From Octopus sinensis (lineage: Eukaryota): DNA of 64,000 bases. A model generated the notes under the pieces. That model did no database searches and had not been told where the DNA came from. It saw nothing but the letters and a program-made list of their open reading frames with translations. The stretch spans positions 34,968,001 to 35,032,000 of the forward strand of contig NC_043006.1 of the NCBI RefSeq assembly GCF_006345805.1, in the 5' to 3' direction. The translations under genes and the position numbers were made by a program. Below, piece after piece: positions 53,692 through 64,000 of the stretch (position 1 is its first letter; every line of letters starts with the position of its first letter).

Positions 53692-54045
53692 CACACACAC
53701 ACACACACTTTCACTGCTTTTGTCTCCTTCTCTCTCACACACACACTTTCACTGCCTTTGTCCGTCTTTTTCTCTGTCTGTCTCTCTGTCTGTCTCTGTC
53801 TGTCTCTGTCTGTCTCTCTCTCTCTCTCACTTTCTTTCTTTCTCTTTTTTAAATGAAATCCTTTCATCATCGACGTGTTTGCTAACAAGAGAACCGAGCC
53901 AATTTTAGTATCCTTGGGGTATCAGCGCCAAACGAACTGCATTTCACTGATTTCAGAAGATCAAACGTAATGACGGCCTTAAACCTCAAACTGAGGATAG
54001 TGGAGATAACAACAACAACAACAACAACGACGACGACGACGTTGT

Positions 54046-54084
<39 letters not shown>

Positions 54085-54400
54085 GAGCAACGACAATAAC
54101 ATACAAACATGATAACGATAATGAGAATAATAGCAATAAATTTAACGACAATAATAAATAGCAATATGTAAATCTAAGTGGTGACGATCGTCATCATCGG
54201 CATCATAATCATCGTCCTTGTCATCATCCTTGTTGTCGTCGTCGTCATCGTAATCACCATCATCACCATCATCATCATCATCATAACCACCATCATTATG
54301 AAATGTATATATATTATAAGTGGAAGAATCCATGTACTGGACAAGAACTCAGAACGAGCATGATTGATAAAGTTACTACTACTACTACTACTACTACTAT

Positions 54401-54438
<38 letters not shown>

Positions 54439-54540
54439 ACTACTACTACTACTACTATTACTTCTACTACAACTACTTCCACTTACTGTTTACTAATACT
54501 CGTACTGGCATGCACTGCTCTCTCAATCAATCACTCAATC

Positions 54541-54575
<35 letters not shown>

Positions 54576-54630
54576 CAACAATAAATGTTGTATGACCCTT
54601 TGACCCGCGAATAGTCAAAAAAGATTGTAA

Positions 54631-54796
<166 letters not shown>

Positions 54797-54799
54797 CAA

Positions 54800-55075
54800 T
54801 CCTCTTAAGTACGAAATATCCGGGCTATGGAAAACGAAAAAGGTGCGGATTATTTTTAGATCCTAGGCATCAAGAGGAATATAAACGAAATTGGAATAGA
54901 ATACCCAGTAGAAATGTTACAAAAGGTTTGCCTCTTTGACACGGCCAGAATAATCTGGAAAGTATTAAATAGCTGAAAAGAATGGATTGCATGGTACCGT
55001 AGGCTGCAAGTATTAAGCCCGCTACGCATACAAGACTCCAGCAGTTCCAACAAAACCTGTGATAAAGAGAAAATG
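54800..55075 (+). mobile_element. 3' end of a second R4/Dong-like RLE family with (GAT)n tail
   Basis: Residual translation [14 protein letters not shown]...EMLQKVCLF.TARIIWKVL*, then a UTR ending CAAAACCTGTGATA before the (GAT)n tract. Confidence 0.7.
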
Positions 55076-55081
55076 ATGAAT

Positions 55082-55118
<37 letters not shown>

Positions 55119-55140
55119 CGACGACGACGACGACGACCAC

Positions 55141-55173
<33 letters not shown>

Positions 55174-55219
55174 AAGAATAACAACAATAATAATAATAAT
55201 AAGAGAACTCAAAGAGTGC

Positions 55220-55566
55220 AAGCCTCCGCCAAGGCAACACCAGTGTCCTCTCAACAATTAGCCAGATATGATTTTTTAAATGAGAATATCTGAAATAAAC
55301 TCAACTGCTCTCACAAACGAGAATACTAAAAATGAACCCGACCGTCTCAAAAATTAACTAAAAAAAAAAACCAGAAAAATAATACAGAATCTTTGTCCAG
55401 TACCAGATTGATCCCAAAATCTAATCAGTTCATGCCAGTCACAAGGCCAAATATCCCTAAAAGTTTCAACTAAATCCATCCATCGGTTCTTGAGACATCT
55501 TGCCCATGAACAAAAACAAACACGACTGAAAAACAATACCACCGCCTTCGCTAATGTGGAGGTAAG
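55220..55566 (+). mobile_element. DINE-1/Helentron-associated (HINE)-like element
   Basis: 5' CTCCGCCAAGG subterminal motif and 3' hairpin CCACCGCCTTCGCTAATGTGGAGG. No ORF. Confidence 0.45.
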
Positions 55567-57379
55567 AATCAATGCTGTGAGAACGATTAATGCCCATTCT
55601 ATTCTTTTATTTGTTTCACCCATGCTGGAGAACCGTCCATATGAATAATTTTTTTTCCTTCATAACTTAATTTGATTTTGCAAATGAGCAATCTGCTGTA
55701 TTGATTTTAATAACTGATCAATATAAACAGTGAGATTTTTTTTTTACTTAGGTGTCGGGAAGACACTCGGCAGAAATAGAAACAAAACTAAAAGAAGGAA
55801 AAACTCATAATAATAACAACAGCAGCAAGAATAATAATGACAGATGCGTGGATTAAATTAAAAATTATGTCGGCAGTGGTAGAGAGAGACGTTCATTAGT
55901 TAAAGTGAGAAATAGTTACTATTTCATAATGAATGCAATGATGATGATGATGATGATGGTTGTTGCTGTGGTGGTAATGGTGGTGGTGGTGGTGGTGGTG
56001 GTAGTAATAGTGAAAGTGATAATGATGACCGCGACAACGACAGGAACTGATGATGACGCAATAAGATTTTTTTCTCTTTTCAGAAGAAATATTTAATGAT
56101 TCTACGCCTTTCTACATGTTTGTTTGTGGGTTTGTGTATATATGTATTTATGCATGTATTTTTGTATGTATGTATGTATGTATGTATGTATGTATGTATG
56201 TATGTATGTATGTATGTAGGTATGTATGTATGTATGTATGTATCTATGTATGCATGTAGGTGCTATTATGTATTGAAAATTATTTATATTTATATTTATG
56301 TATATATATATCAATCTATCTACATATTTATCTATCAAGCTATCTCTATCTCTTTCTTTCTCTCTCTCTCTCTCTCTCTCTCCATATATATATATATATA
56401 TATATATATGCGCTGATTCTGTTGTAGCAATTTAGAGTATTTAGCGTCAAAATATTTTGTTGCATGTCTCCGAAATACTTTCTCCCTTTCTCTCATCACA
56501 TTTCTTTAATAATGACCACGATTTTGCTGTCACCATGAAGCAATCAACCTGAAGTCAATTTTACTGCCTTTGTGCTCGCCTCAACTTCGTCCGCCCTGTA
56601 TGTCCGGCAAAGACCGAAATTTCTAAAATCATTGAAAATGGTTACAACTGCAAAATAGTTGAACATTTTCTCACGAGCAACTTCAGCATTTACAAACTTT
56701 GCTAATAAGTTTTTAATTAAGGAAATAATCTTCACGTCAAGGATATAAACTTCAAAACGCTGCTTTCAGTACAAATCTGTTAAGCGATGTATGGATCATT
56801 TTACGTGATTTTAGGCAGGTTTTAGTTAACCGCAGCGTGCTGGACACTTGGTTACGTAGGGCGTCAAGTTGTGGAGACTTACGCAGCCTATTAGCGGTAA
56901 AAGGCCTGTCAACTATTTTGATGTTACTGGTTTCAACTCCTATCAGAGCTCAGTGGGAACAGAGATCACTGATACGGTGTGAATGTGTCTCGGTTGCAAC
57001 GGCTGCCGGAAGTATTTACTGATCCTTTCTTCTGTACTTTTTTCATGCATATATATGTGTGTATACGTGCGTGTATGTGTATGTGGACTTCTGTGTGTGT
57101 GTGTGTATGTGTGTGTGTATGTGTGTGTGTATGAGTGTGTGTGTATGTGTGTGTGTGTGTGTGTGTGGTGTGTGTGCGTGTGTGTGAGTTTGTGTGTGCG
57201 TAAAGCCGTATGGTCTAGTAGTTAGGGGTGCTGCATGCAATAGCGTAGTTTCGCTTCCCGAGCTGGGTGGCGTTTTCTGAGCATGAGCAAAGCACTTGAT
57301 TCCCTCTTATTCTGCGATTAATGTGAAACCTGACGTAATGGAAGGGGCGAGTTTGTGTACGCCACAAACAATTAATTAT

Positions 57380-57602
57380 ATATATAATTTCTCTCCTTGT
57401 TTCTCCTTGTTTCTCTCCTTGTTTCTCTCCTTGTTTTTCTCACCTTGTTTCTCTCCTTGTTTTTCTGTGTACCTTTCTGTAGAAGAGCGTAGGCTCGAAA
57501 CGTAAAAGACTTTTTCTATTCCTGAGCGCTATACTAATACATCTGTTTGTTTGTACAACACCTGCCTTCGTCTTTTGTTTATTTTCGTAAACTTTCCCTT
57601 TC

Positions 57603-57610
<8 letters not shown>
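57380..57610 (+). mobile_element. Hammerhead-like repeat family H2, copy 2, with a 5' tandem ~12-bp TTCTCTCCTTGT array
   Basis: CTTT-CTGTAGA-A-GAGC(GTAG)GCTC-GAAA-CGT-A-AAAG at 57473-57508; ends in (TA)n. Confidence 0.72.
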
Positions 57611-57636
<26 letters not shown>

Positions 57637-57756
57637 ATATATATACAGATATCAAGTTACATCAAATACTGTGTTCACACATGAAGGATGTCAACATGTT
57701 ATTGACAGAAACTGCTGTGAACTTTTAGCTCACGGTGAAAAATTATATAAACTCTA

Positions 57757-57841
<85 letters not shown>

Positions 57842-58410
57842 GTGTGTGTGTGTGTGTATAAATATGTATGTATGTATTTGTCAATTCGAACATACCTCTC
57901 CTCCTCTCTCCCATTGCACTCTCGCATTCACGTACACAGACAAATAATTAGATATCATGCAAATATGTGACTATGGTTGAGTTTGCGCATAAATAACTAC
58001 TACGAATAAACGCACTAGACAATGATGTAAGTATGATACAGAACGAAGTGGCAGCCAAGTCACATCCTGGCAATAAACATGGCGCGATTACACACCTACT
58101 CATGCATGTAGATACAAACTAGAAACTAAACCAACAGCAACAACTAAAACAATAACTACTAGTATTGCATCAACAACAACAGCACCAACAACAGAAACAT
58201 CAGCATCAATGGTAGTTCAATAGCAACAAAACAAAATGGATAAGTACAGTTTTCAGATTCGGCACAGAGTAATGATTGAAGATTGTGAGGTGATATGCAA
58301 CATCTATATTTACAAGTTGTTAAAGATCATAGAGCAAATTTGCAAATTTGTAAATGCTAATAAATGCCAATGCATACATACATACATACATACATACATA
58401 CATACATACA

Positions 58411-58444
<34 letters not shown>

Positions 58445-61400
58445 CATACGTAAATACATTTATAAATTCATGCATACCTATACATACATCCACATATATG
58501 TATGTACGTATGACATAAACGACCCACTGAAACAGACGAACACGCCAACGGCGGGGAGAAATTGTTGGTTAAAGGTTGGCTTTTCATAAGTATATATTTG
58601 GCGTAAATTAGTAAATCTTTGCTGCTAAGGCGGCTACTAATTTTGGTAATTTTGGGAAACTTCCGAAGATAAAAATATTTTTAATGTCGGACTGGTGCCA
58701 AACATTCCTCCCATCATTAATATCCGCTCTGTGTTTGACTTTTGCTCTTCTTTTACTTGTTTATTTTTTCCTGGTTTTGTCTTATTTCTTGCTTGTTTTT
58801 CTCTTTCTTGTTCTATCAATGCTTATATATGAGCGTATGCATGAGTGTGTATATATGTATTGATAAAATACATACACACACACCTACACTCACATACAAA
58901 CAGACTCTCTCACACACACTTACACACATATATGATATTATATAATATATATATTTATGCAAAAACAGCGAGCATCAAAAAATCTATAGCTTGTACCGTC
59001 TACGCTGTATAACGTAAAAAATATAGTTAGTCTCTTCATTAATTCCAATATGTTTCATGGCTTATTGGCTGCTCCTCAGGAGAGACGCGCTCTTGATACA
59101 CCTGCAAGATTAGCAGTAACATGAACGACAATAAAATGTACGATAACAACTAAAAACAAAAACAAGGAGAACAGCAACAACAACGATGAGAATATTGCAC
59201 TGCAGCGAAACATTATTAAGTTCGGTGCACCGAAAGAAGACATGTTAATACAACGTAGACATTGACAACAAAGAACAACATCTGAGTTATACCTCTTTAA
59301 CCACATGATGACAGCGAAGACAACCGCAATAATTTCACCAAATGTACAACAAAGATATAAATGAATTCGTCAAAATTTACGGCTATTCATGCAAATATTG
59401 TCAAACCTCAGACTCTGAGAAGAGCACAAAACTGTAACAGTTCTAAAGCTCAAATGAAAGGATGAGGTAACAAAGACACATCGCCACCAGACGTACTCAT
59501 CTCCAATCCATAATATGATTTTACAGCACGATACTCAACCAACAGACAAAGCAGAAGCTAACATAGAAAAGATGTTGACTCAGGATACACCACACCCCTA
59601 TACTTATATTTCTAAGAGCTATCAACATCGGAGAAGCTAGTATCCAATAGTTGTCTCAAAAGATTTACAGAATGCACCACGGAACACTAGCAGGTCTTCT
59701 ATCGTTCTTAAATCGTTACATATCTCAGCTGATTTTGCTATTATTTTACTCAGCTTTATAATAATTTATTATTAGATATTTTCTTAATATCTGTTCAGGT
59801 TTCCAAAGTTGCCGCATTTGAAGGCAAATAGGGTGGACCCTTTACCAAAAGGGTCCACCTTGTTTGCCTCAAAAATATCTCCTTGGTTCCTATATGCAAA
59901 TACGGACCTCCCGTAAGTTACTTTTGTCCTTGATGCTCACTACTATAGTCCAATTCTAATCCAGACAGTCATCTCTGATAAGCCTGACTCCATGAAAATA
60001 TTTCCTTAAACATAATCATTACACAGTAATGTTTTCTACGACAGTTATGGCACTTTTGTAATGTTTTGTAATTTACTTATACATTGCTTTAAAGATTATA
60101 TGCTTTAATGTACAAAATATTTTCCGGAATACGTGCTGTTCAAATTGGGGTGCGTCTAATACGTCCGTGCATCTTTTATGAAATCAAAAATATTATATAA
60201 ATATTTCGGAAGAAAATAGTGATCATTGAGAACATATGACACTCTCGAGTGTTTTATAGTGCCGTTAATTGCGATTTGTGAACCTAAAACCCATGTCCAA
60301 ATTTCATACTTGGTGTTTAAAATATTGCCTATAGTTTTCTCAAGCTTTTGCAGTTTTAAATTCTGTTCTCAACACTTTGGTATACGCTACAACGTCTACA
60401 TACCAATAACATTGTGTAACAAAATATTTCTCTCTTTTTTTTTTTTTGTCTTTGATAAGTGTCATTTCCAATTGCTTCTATCTAGAAATCAAAGAAAATA
60501 AATGAAATTATAACACTTTCCTTCAAATTCTGCTTTTGAGACATGGACATCAATGTTTTGAAACTAAGCTATTTTTCATTACTTTCAGACAGATTCCATT
60601 ACATTTCAGCCATGTGTTGCTGAAGCAGAAATATCGTTATAGAAAATATTCTGCTCAATACCACAGATTTGCTTGTCAGTTACTTGTTCTTAACCACTTG
60701 AGCATGTATCTTAGTAGCTGACAATATGCGCATCTCTGATCATAAGCAAACGTAACAGGGAAGCATCATGGCCATCTGTTGAGACGGATTCTATGGCTTT
60801 TGAGTAAATGTAAAAAAAAAGCGTAGTTAAAAGGAAATATTAGCCATGCGTCATACTTTCTAGTGTAAACAAATAGGAAATAACAGTTGCTACTCGAGGA
60901 CAAAAATCGTATTATACAATGTAATCTTAGGTTTCCATGGTCCAGGCTACCTCCCAAGCTATCAATAGATTCTACAGTGTAGAATAGTTCAATTAACGTT
61001 AGCAATATTATCAAACAAATGTATCACCTATAAATATGAACGCGATTCACTCGACTGAACGAATTTCACTGCAAACATATGATGGTGCGCCAAGTGAAGA
61101 GAAATCAATATTTATTGGTTACATACCAATACCAAAGACTAACCAACACTGTTAACAATAGAACGAGAGCAATGAAGTTGCAGAATTGTTAATGGTGATG
61201 AAGAAGGAAGTGGTTTGGGATGGAACAGAATTTCCGGCGTTCCAGCGAGTATGGAGATACAGAAACCGCGTTGATGGTCTCAAAAGAGGGAAAGTTAGTC
61301 ATGTCGATGAAAATTGTGATTGTTTATAACTGTCCTAGTCATGTCAGGATTAAAACCCACAGAGGCCACTTAAAAGATTTTGGCGCCCCCATGTATATGT

Positions 61401-61499
61401 AATTCAAAATATAAACAACAATAAACCATAAAATACATTTTCAGTTTTCAAAATGAAACAAAACCGAGGGAAGATAATGTTTTGCTTCTTTGTTCCTTC

Positions 61500-61787
61500 T
61501 CGAGCCACGCCTGGCTCATAAGGACTGGTTTCCCGGTTTCCTTGGCGTATAGGTTCCCCACTTGGACGGGACGCCGGTCCGGCGCAGGTGAGCTGCAAGA
61601 TGCAGGAGGAAAGAGTGAAAGAAGGTTGTGGTGAAAGAGTCAGCAGAAGTTCGCCGTTACCTTCTGCCGGAGCCGCGTGGAGCTTAGGTGTTTCGCTCAT
61701 AAACACACACATCGCCCAGTCTCAGATTCGAACCCGCGATTCCTCGACTGCGAGTCCGCTGCTCTAACCACTAAGCCATGTGCTTCC
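61500..61787 (-). mobile_element. SINE related to families C/D, inserted in a MITE-like element
   Basis: tRNA-like head (TGGCTTAGTGG...GGTTCGAATC) and CACCTAAGCTCCACG body. It splits the 61345-62055 element. Confidence 0.75.
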
Positions 61788-62171
61788 TGTGTTTTGTATA
61801 CTTCCCCTTTATTCAAATTTGAAAAAGTTTTTAGTTACATTTTTTTAATTACAAAGTATTTGTTCATATCTTCACTATGACACCATGACCAATTCAAAAT
61901 TATTTTTCCGATCCTATAAACCGTTTTGAAAATTCTTTTAGCAAGTTAAAAGAGATTTCTTTTGTGCCGTACACCAATGATCATTTCTCTGATGCCCACT
62001 AACTTTGATGCCCTAAGCATATGCTTTTCTTTGGTTATTGGTTAATCCAGTGCTGATCCCAATCATTCATCGAAAAGTTAAAAGTGGAGTCAATGGGTTG
62101 GTAGTTGGCAGGGGTCTCAGACATTGGCCCCAAGGTAGGAAAACAGTCTAATTACTTCTAAATCTTCCAAA

Positions 62172-62402
62172 CCCCGAAAGGATGAAAGACAAAGTCGACC
62201 TCGGCGGAATTCGAACTCAGAACATAAAGACAGACGAAATACCTATTTCTTTACTACCCACAAGGGGCTAAACACAGAGAGGACAGACAAGGACAGACAA
62301 ACGAATTAAGTCGATTACATCGACCCCAGTGTGTAACTGGTACTTAATTTTATCGACCCCGAAAGGATGAAAGGCAAAGTCGACCTCGGCAAAATTTGAA
62401 CT
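62172..62402 (-). mobile_element. SINE family A dimer, truncated
   Basis: Same junction GTAGTAAAGAAATA|GGTATTTCGTC. Confidence 0.8.
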
Positions 62403-63109
62403 CATATACGCTCACACACGCACTCATACATAAATATACGTATAAATTGTAGATGCATACACATTCACACACACGCACATACACACACACACTTGCAAAA
62501 CAAATCCATGAGCTATACACACAACTTATAACACAAGCGCAAATTACATTATTCATACGCAAATTGCAAGACACGCATAAACTACCAGAAAGTTACACGC
62601 ATAACAAATACAACAGACACACCCGCACACAGTTAAGCGCGCGCACACAGTTAAGCGCGCGCACACACATATTCAAACAGACGAACGGCCATTAGCTCAC
62701 AAGTCTGCTTGTTATGAATTTAACTATACAAATGTAATTACTTTTACAGATTTATTAATCAGTTTTGAGTGGATTTTTCTATTTTGGAACATATATTTTT
62801 AAAAAAGCAGCTTTCAATAAATGCTTTCATTCTATTGGAAGAAATTATATGGAATTTGTAAATAATAAATAACTTTTTTTATAAGCGCTGCATGCGTGCA
62901 TTTGTGAATGAGAGGCGAATAAATGAATTTATATGTAAATTCTATATTTGCATATCTGTGCTGCCCTTACTCGGTGATCCGTCTTTGGACGCTTTCATAA
63001 GCATAAACGTTTGTAGTTCGTTTTGAAATTTAGAATTCGAAGTTATTAATAATTCTTTCTACTATTCTCTCATTCTGTTATTCTATTCTTATTTTACTGG
63101 TTTCGTGTA

Positions 63110-63660
63110 ATTTTGACTGTGGCCATGCTGGAGCACCGCCTTTTAGTCGAAGAAATCGACCTCTGGGACTTATTCCTTGTAAGCCTGGTACTTATTCTAT
63201 CGGTCTCTTTTTCCGAACCGCTCAGTTACGGGGATGTAAATACACCAACATCGGTTTTCAAGTAGTGGTGGAAGGAAAAACACAGACACAAACACACAAA
63301 TATATATATATAGTTGAAATTTGCAGAAAAACAAAAGACGAAGACAGGTTTATGAACAACAAGCAGGTGTATTAGTTTGACGCCCGGGAAAGTGAGAAAG
63401 TTCTTTACGTTTCGAGCCTACGCTCTTCAACAGAAAGGAATATGAGAAAATAAACAGAGAGAATAAAAAGAACTTGTGGATCTAGCGATCAATCAATCAT
63501 GGCGACGACAGGCTTCTCTTAGTTTCTGTCTACCAAATCCACTCACAAGGATTTTGTCCTCCCGAGGCAATATAGTAGAAGATAGTTGCCCAAGGTATCA
63601 CGCAGTGGGACTGAACCCGGAACCATGTGGTCGAGAAGCAAGCTTCTTTATTTCATTACA
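63110..63660 (-). mobile_element. SINE family B interrupted by an H2 element (partial B copies also at ~6352, 8370, 14745, 16000, 28945, 31755, 38460, 42675)
   Basis: 3' half at 63110-63300, 5' half at 63495-63660. Confidence 0.78.
63310..63465 (-). mobile_element. Hammerhead-like repeat family H2, copy 3, nested in the (TA)n spacer of a family-B SINE
   Basis: The reverse complement reads CTTT-CTGTTGA-A-GAGC(GTAG)GCTC-GAAA-CGT-A-AAG (63437-63403). The SINE halves lie on either side. Confidence 0.72.
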
Positions 63661-64000
63661 TTTGCCATAAAGGCAGTACATAGAGTAAAGTAGCTTTGCG
63701 GGCTGGACGAGGACATTAATGAAATGAATGATAATGAAAGAAAGATGATAAGGATGGGAGAAGACAAAAAGCGCCCGCCGACTTCTGCTTCTCTAAAACA
63801 TTGTTCTTCAAAACCAAACACAAAACAAGGTATTAAACCTCTTACAACTTTTACAACTTTTCAATTTTTGGACTTAACAGTCCATTACAAACAACAACAT
63901 AGTTCAATAATTACATATAATATAAATACAATACACAAAGCCCCTCCTCCCAGACCTGGCTTACACTTCCCTTAGGAATGCGCCAGCTCTAGGTCGGGGC

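Noticed and set aside
57380-57465. Tandem ~12-bp TTCTCTCCTTGT units as a possible CRISPR or satellite array
   Set aside because: No unique spacers; a local slippage expansion at the 5' end of an H2 element.
58070-58115. AAACATGGCG start-like/YY1 motif
   Set aside because: Followed by a 10-codon ORF with no donor and no supporting context.
60130-60185. GGGGTGCGTCTAATAC...GTGCATCTTTTAT, resembling a pogo/Tigger subterminal motif
   Set aside because: No partner end or transposase remnant found, so it is not called as a feature.

Overview
This is repeat-saturated, AT-rich animal genomic DNA, not prokaryotic: no CRISPR, rRNA or true tRNA genes. The SINE families and very high microsatellite load point to an octopus (coleoid cephalopod); this is inferred from recognition, not from a search. 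Nearly all entries in the ORF track are microsatellite artefacts. The recognisable coding remnants are all transposon-derived: a near-intact DD34D mariner (8695-9963); a 3.7-kb, 5'-truncated, frameshifted Tx1/L1-type LINE with APE, RT and CCHC domains sitting in an (ATT)n tract (16898-20574); 3' ends of R4/Dong-type RLE retrotransposons; Penelope-like (PLE) remnants; an RTE fragment; and older Tc1/mariner relics. Four tRNA-like SINE families (here called A-D), several foldback/MITE elements and Helitron-like elements fill much of the rest. Possible host-gene signal is limited to a minus-strand candidate first coding exon (ATGGCGGAAAGTAGCTG|GTGAGT at 13398-13382) that splices in frame to a strong acceptor at 3012. 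Most interesting: (1) at least seven minimal hammerhead-ribozyme cores in five unrelated repeat families, one structurally intact; (2) a SINE whose 3' tail matches the 3' end of the local Tx1-like LINE and which is always fused to another SINE copy; (3) a spliced 45-codon ORF separated by a single TGA from an in-frame continuation, next to a triple CCACGTGA E-box cluster. Repeat boundaries are by eye and approximate.
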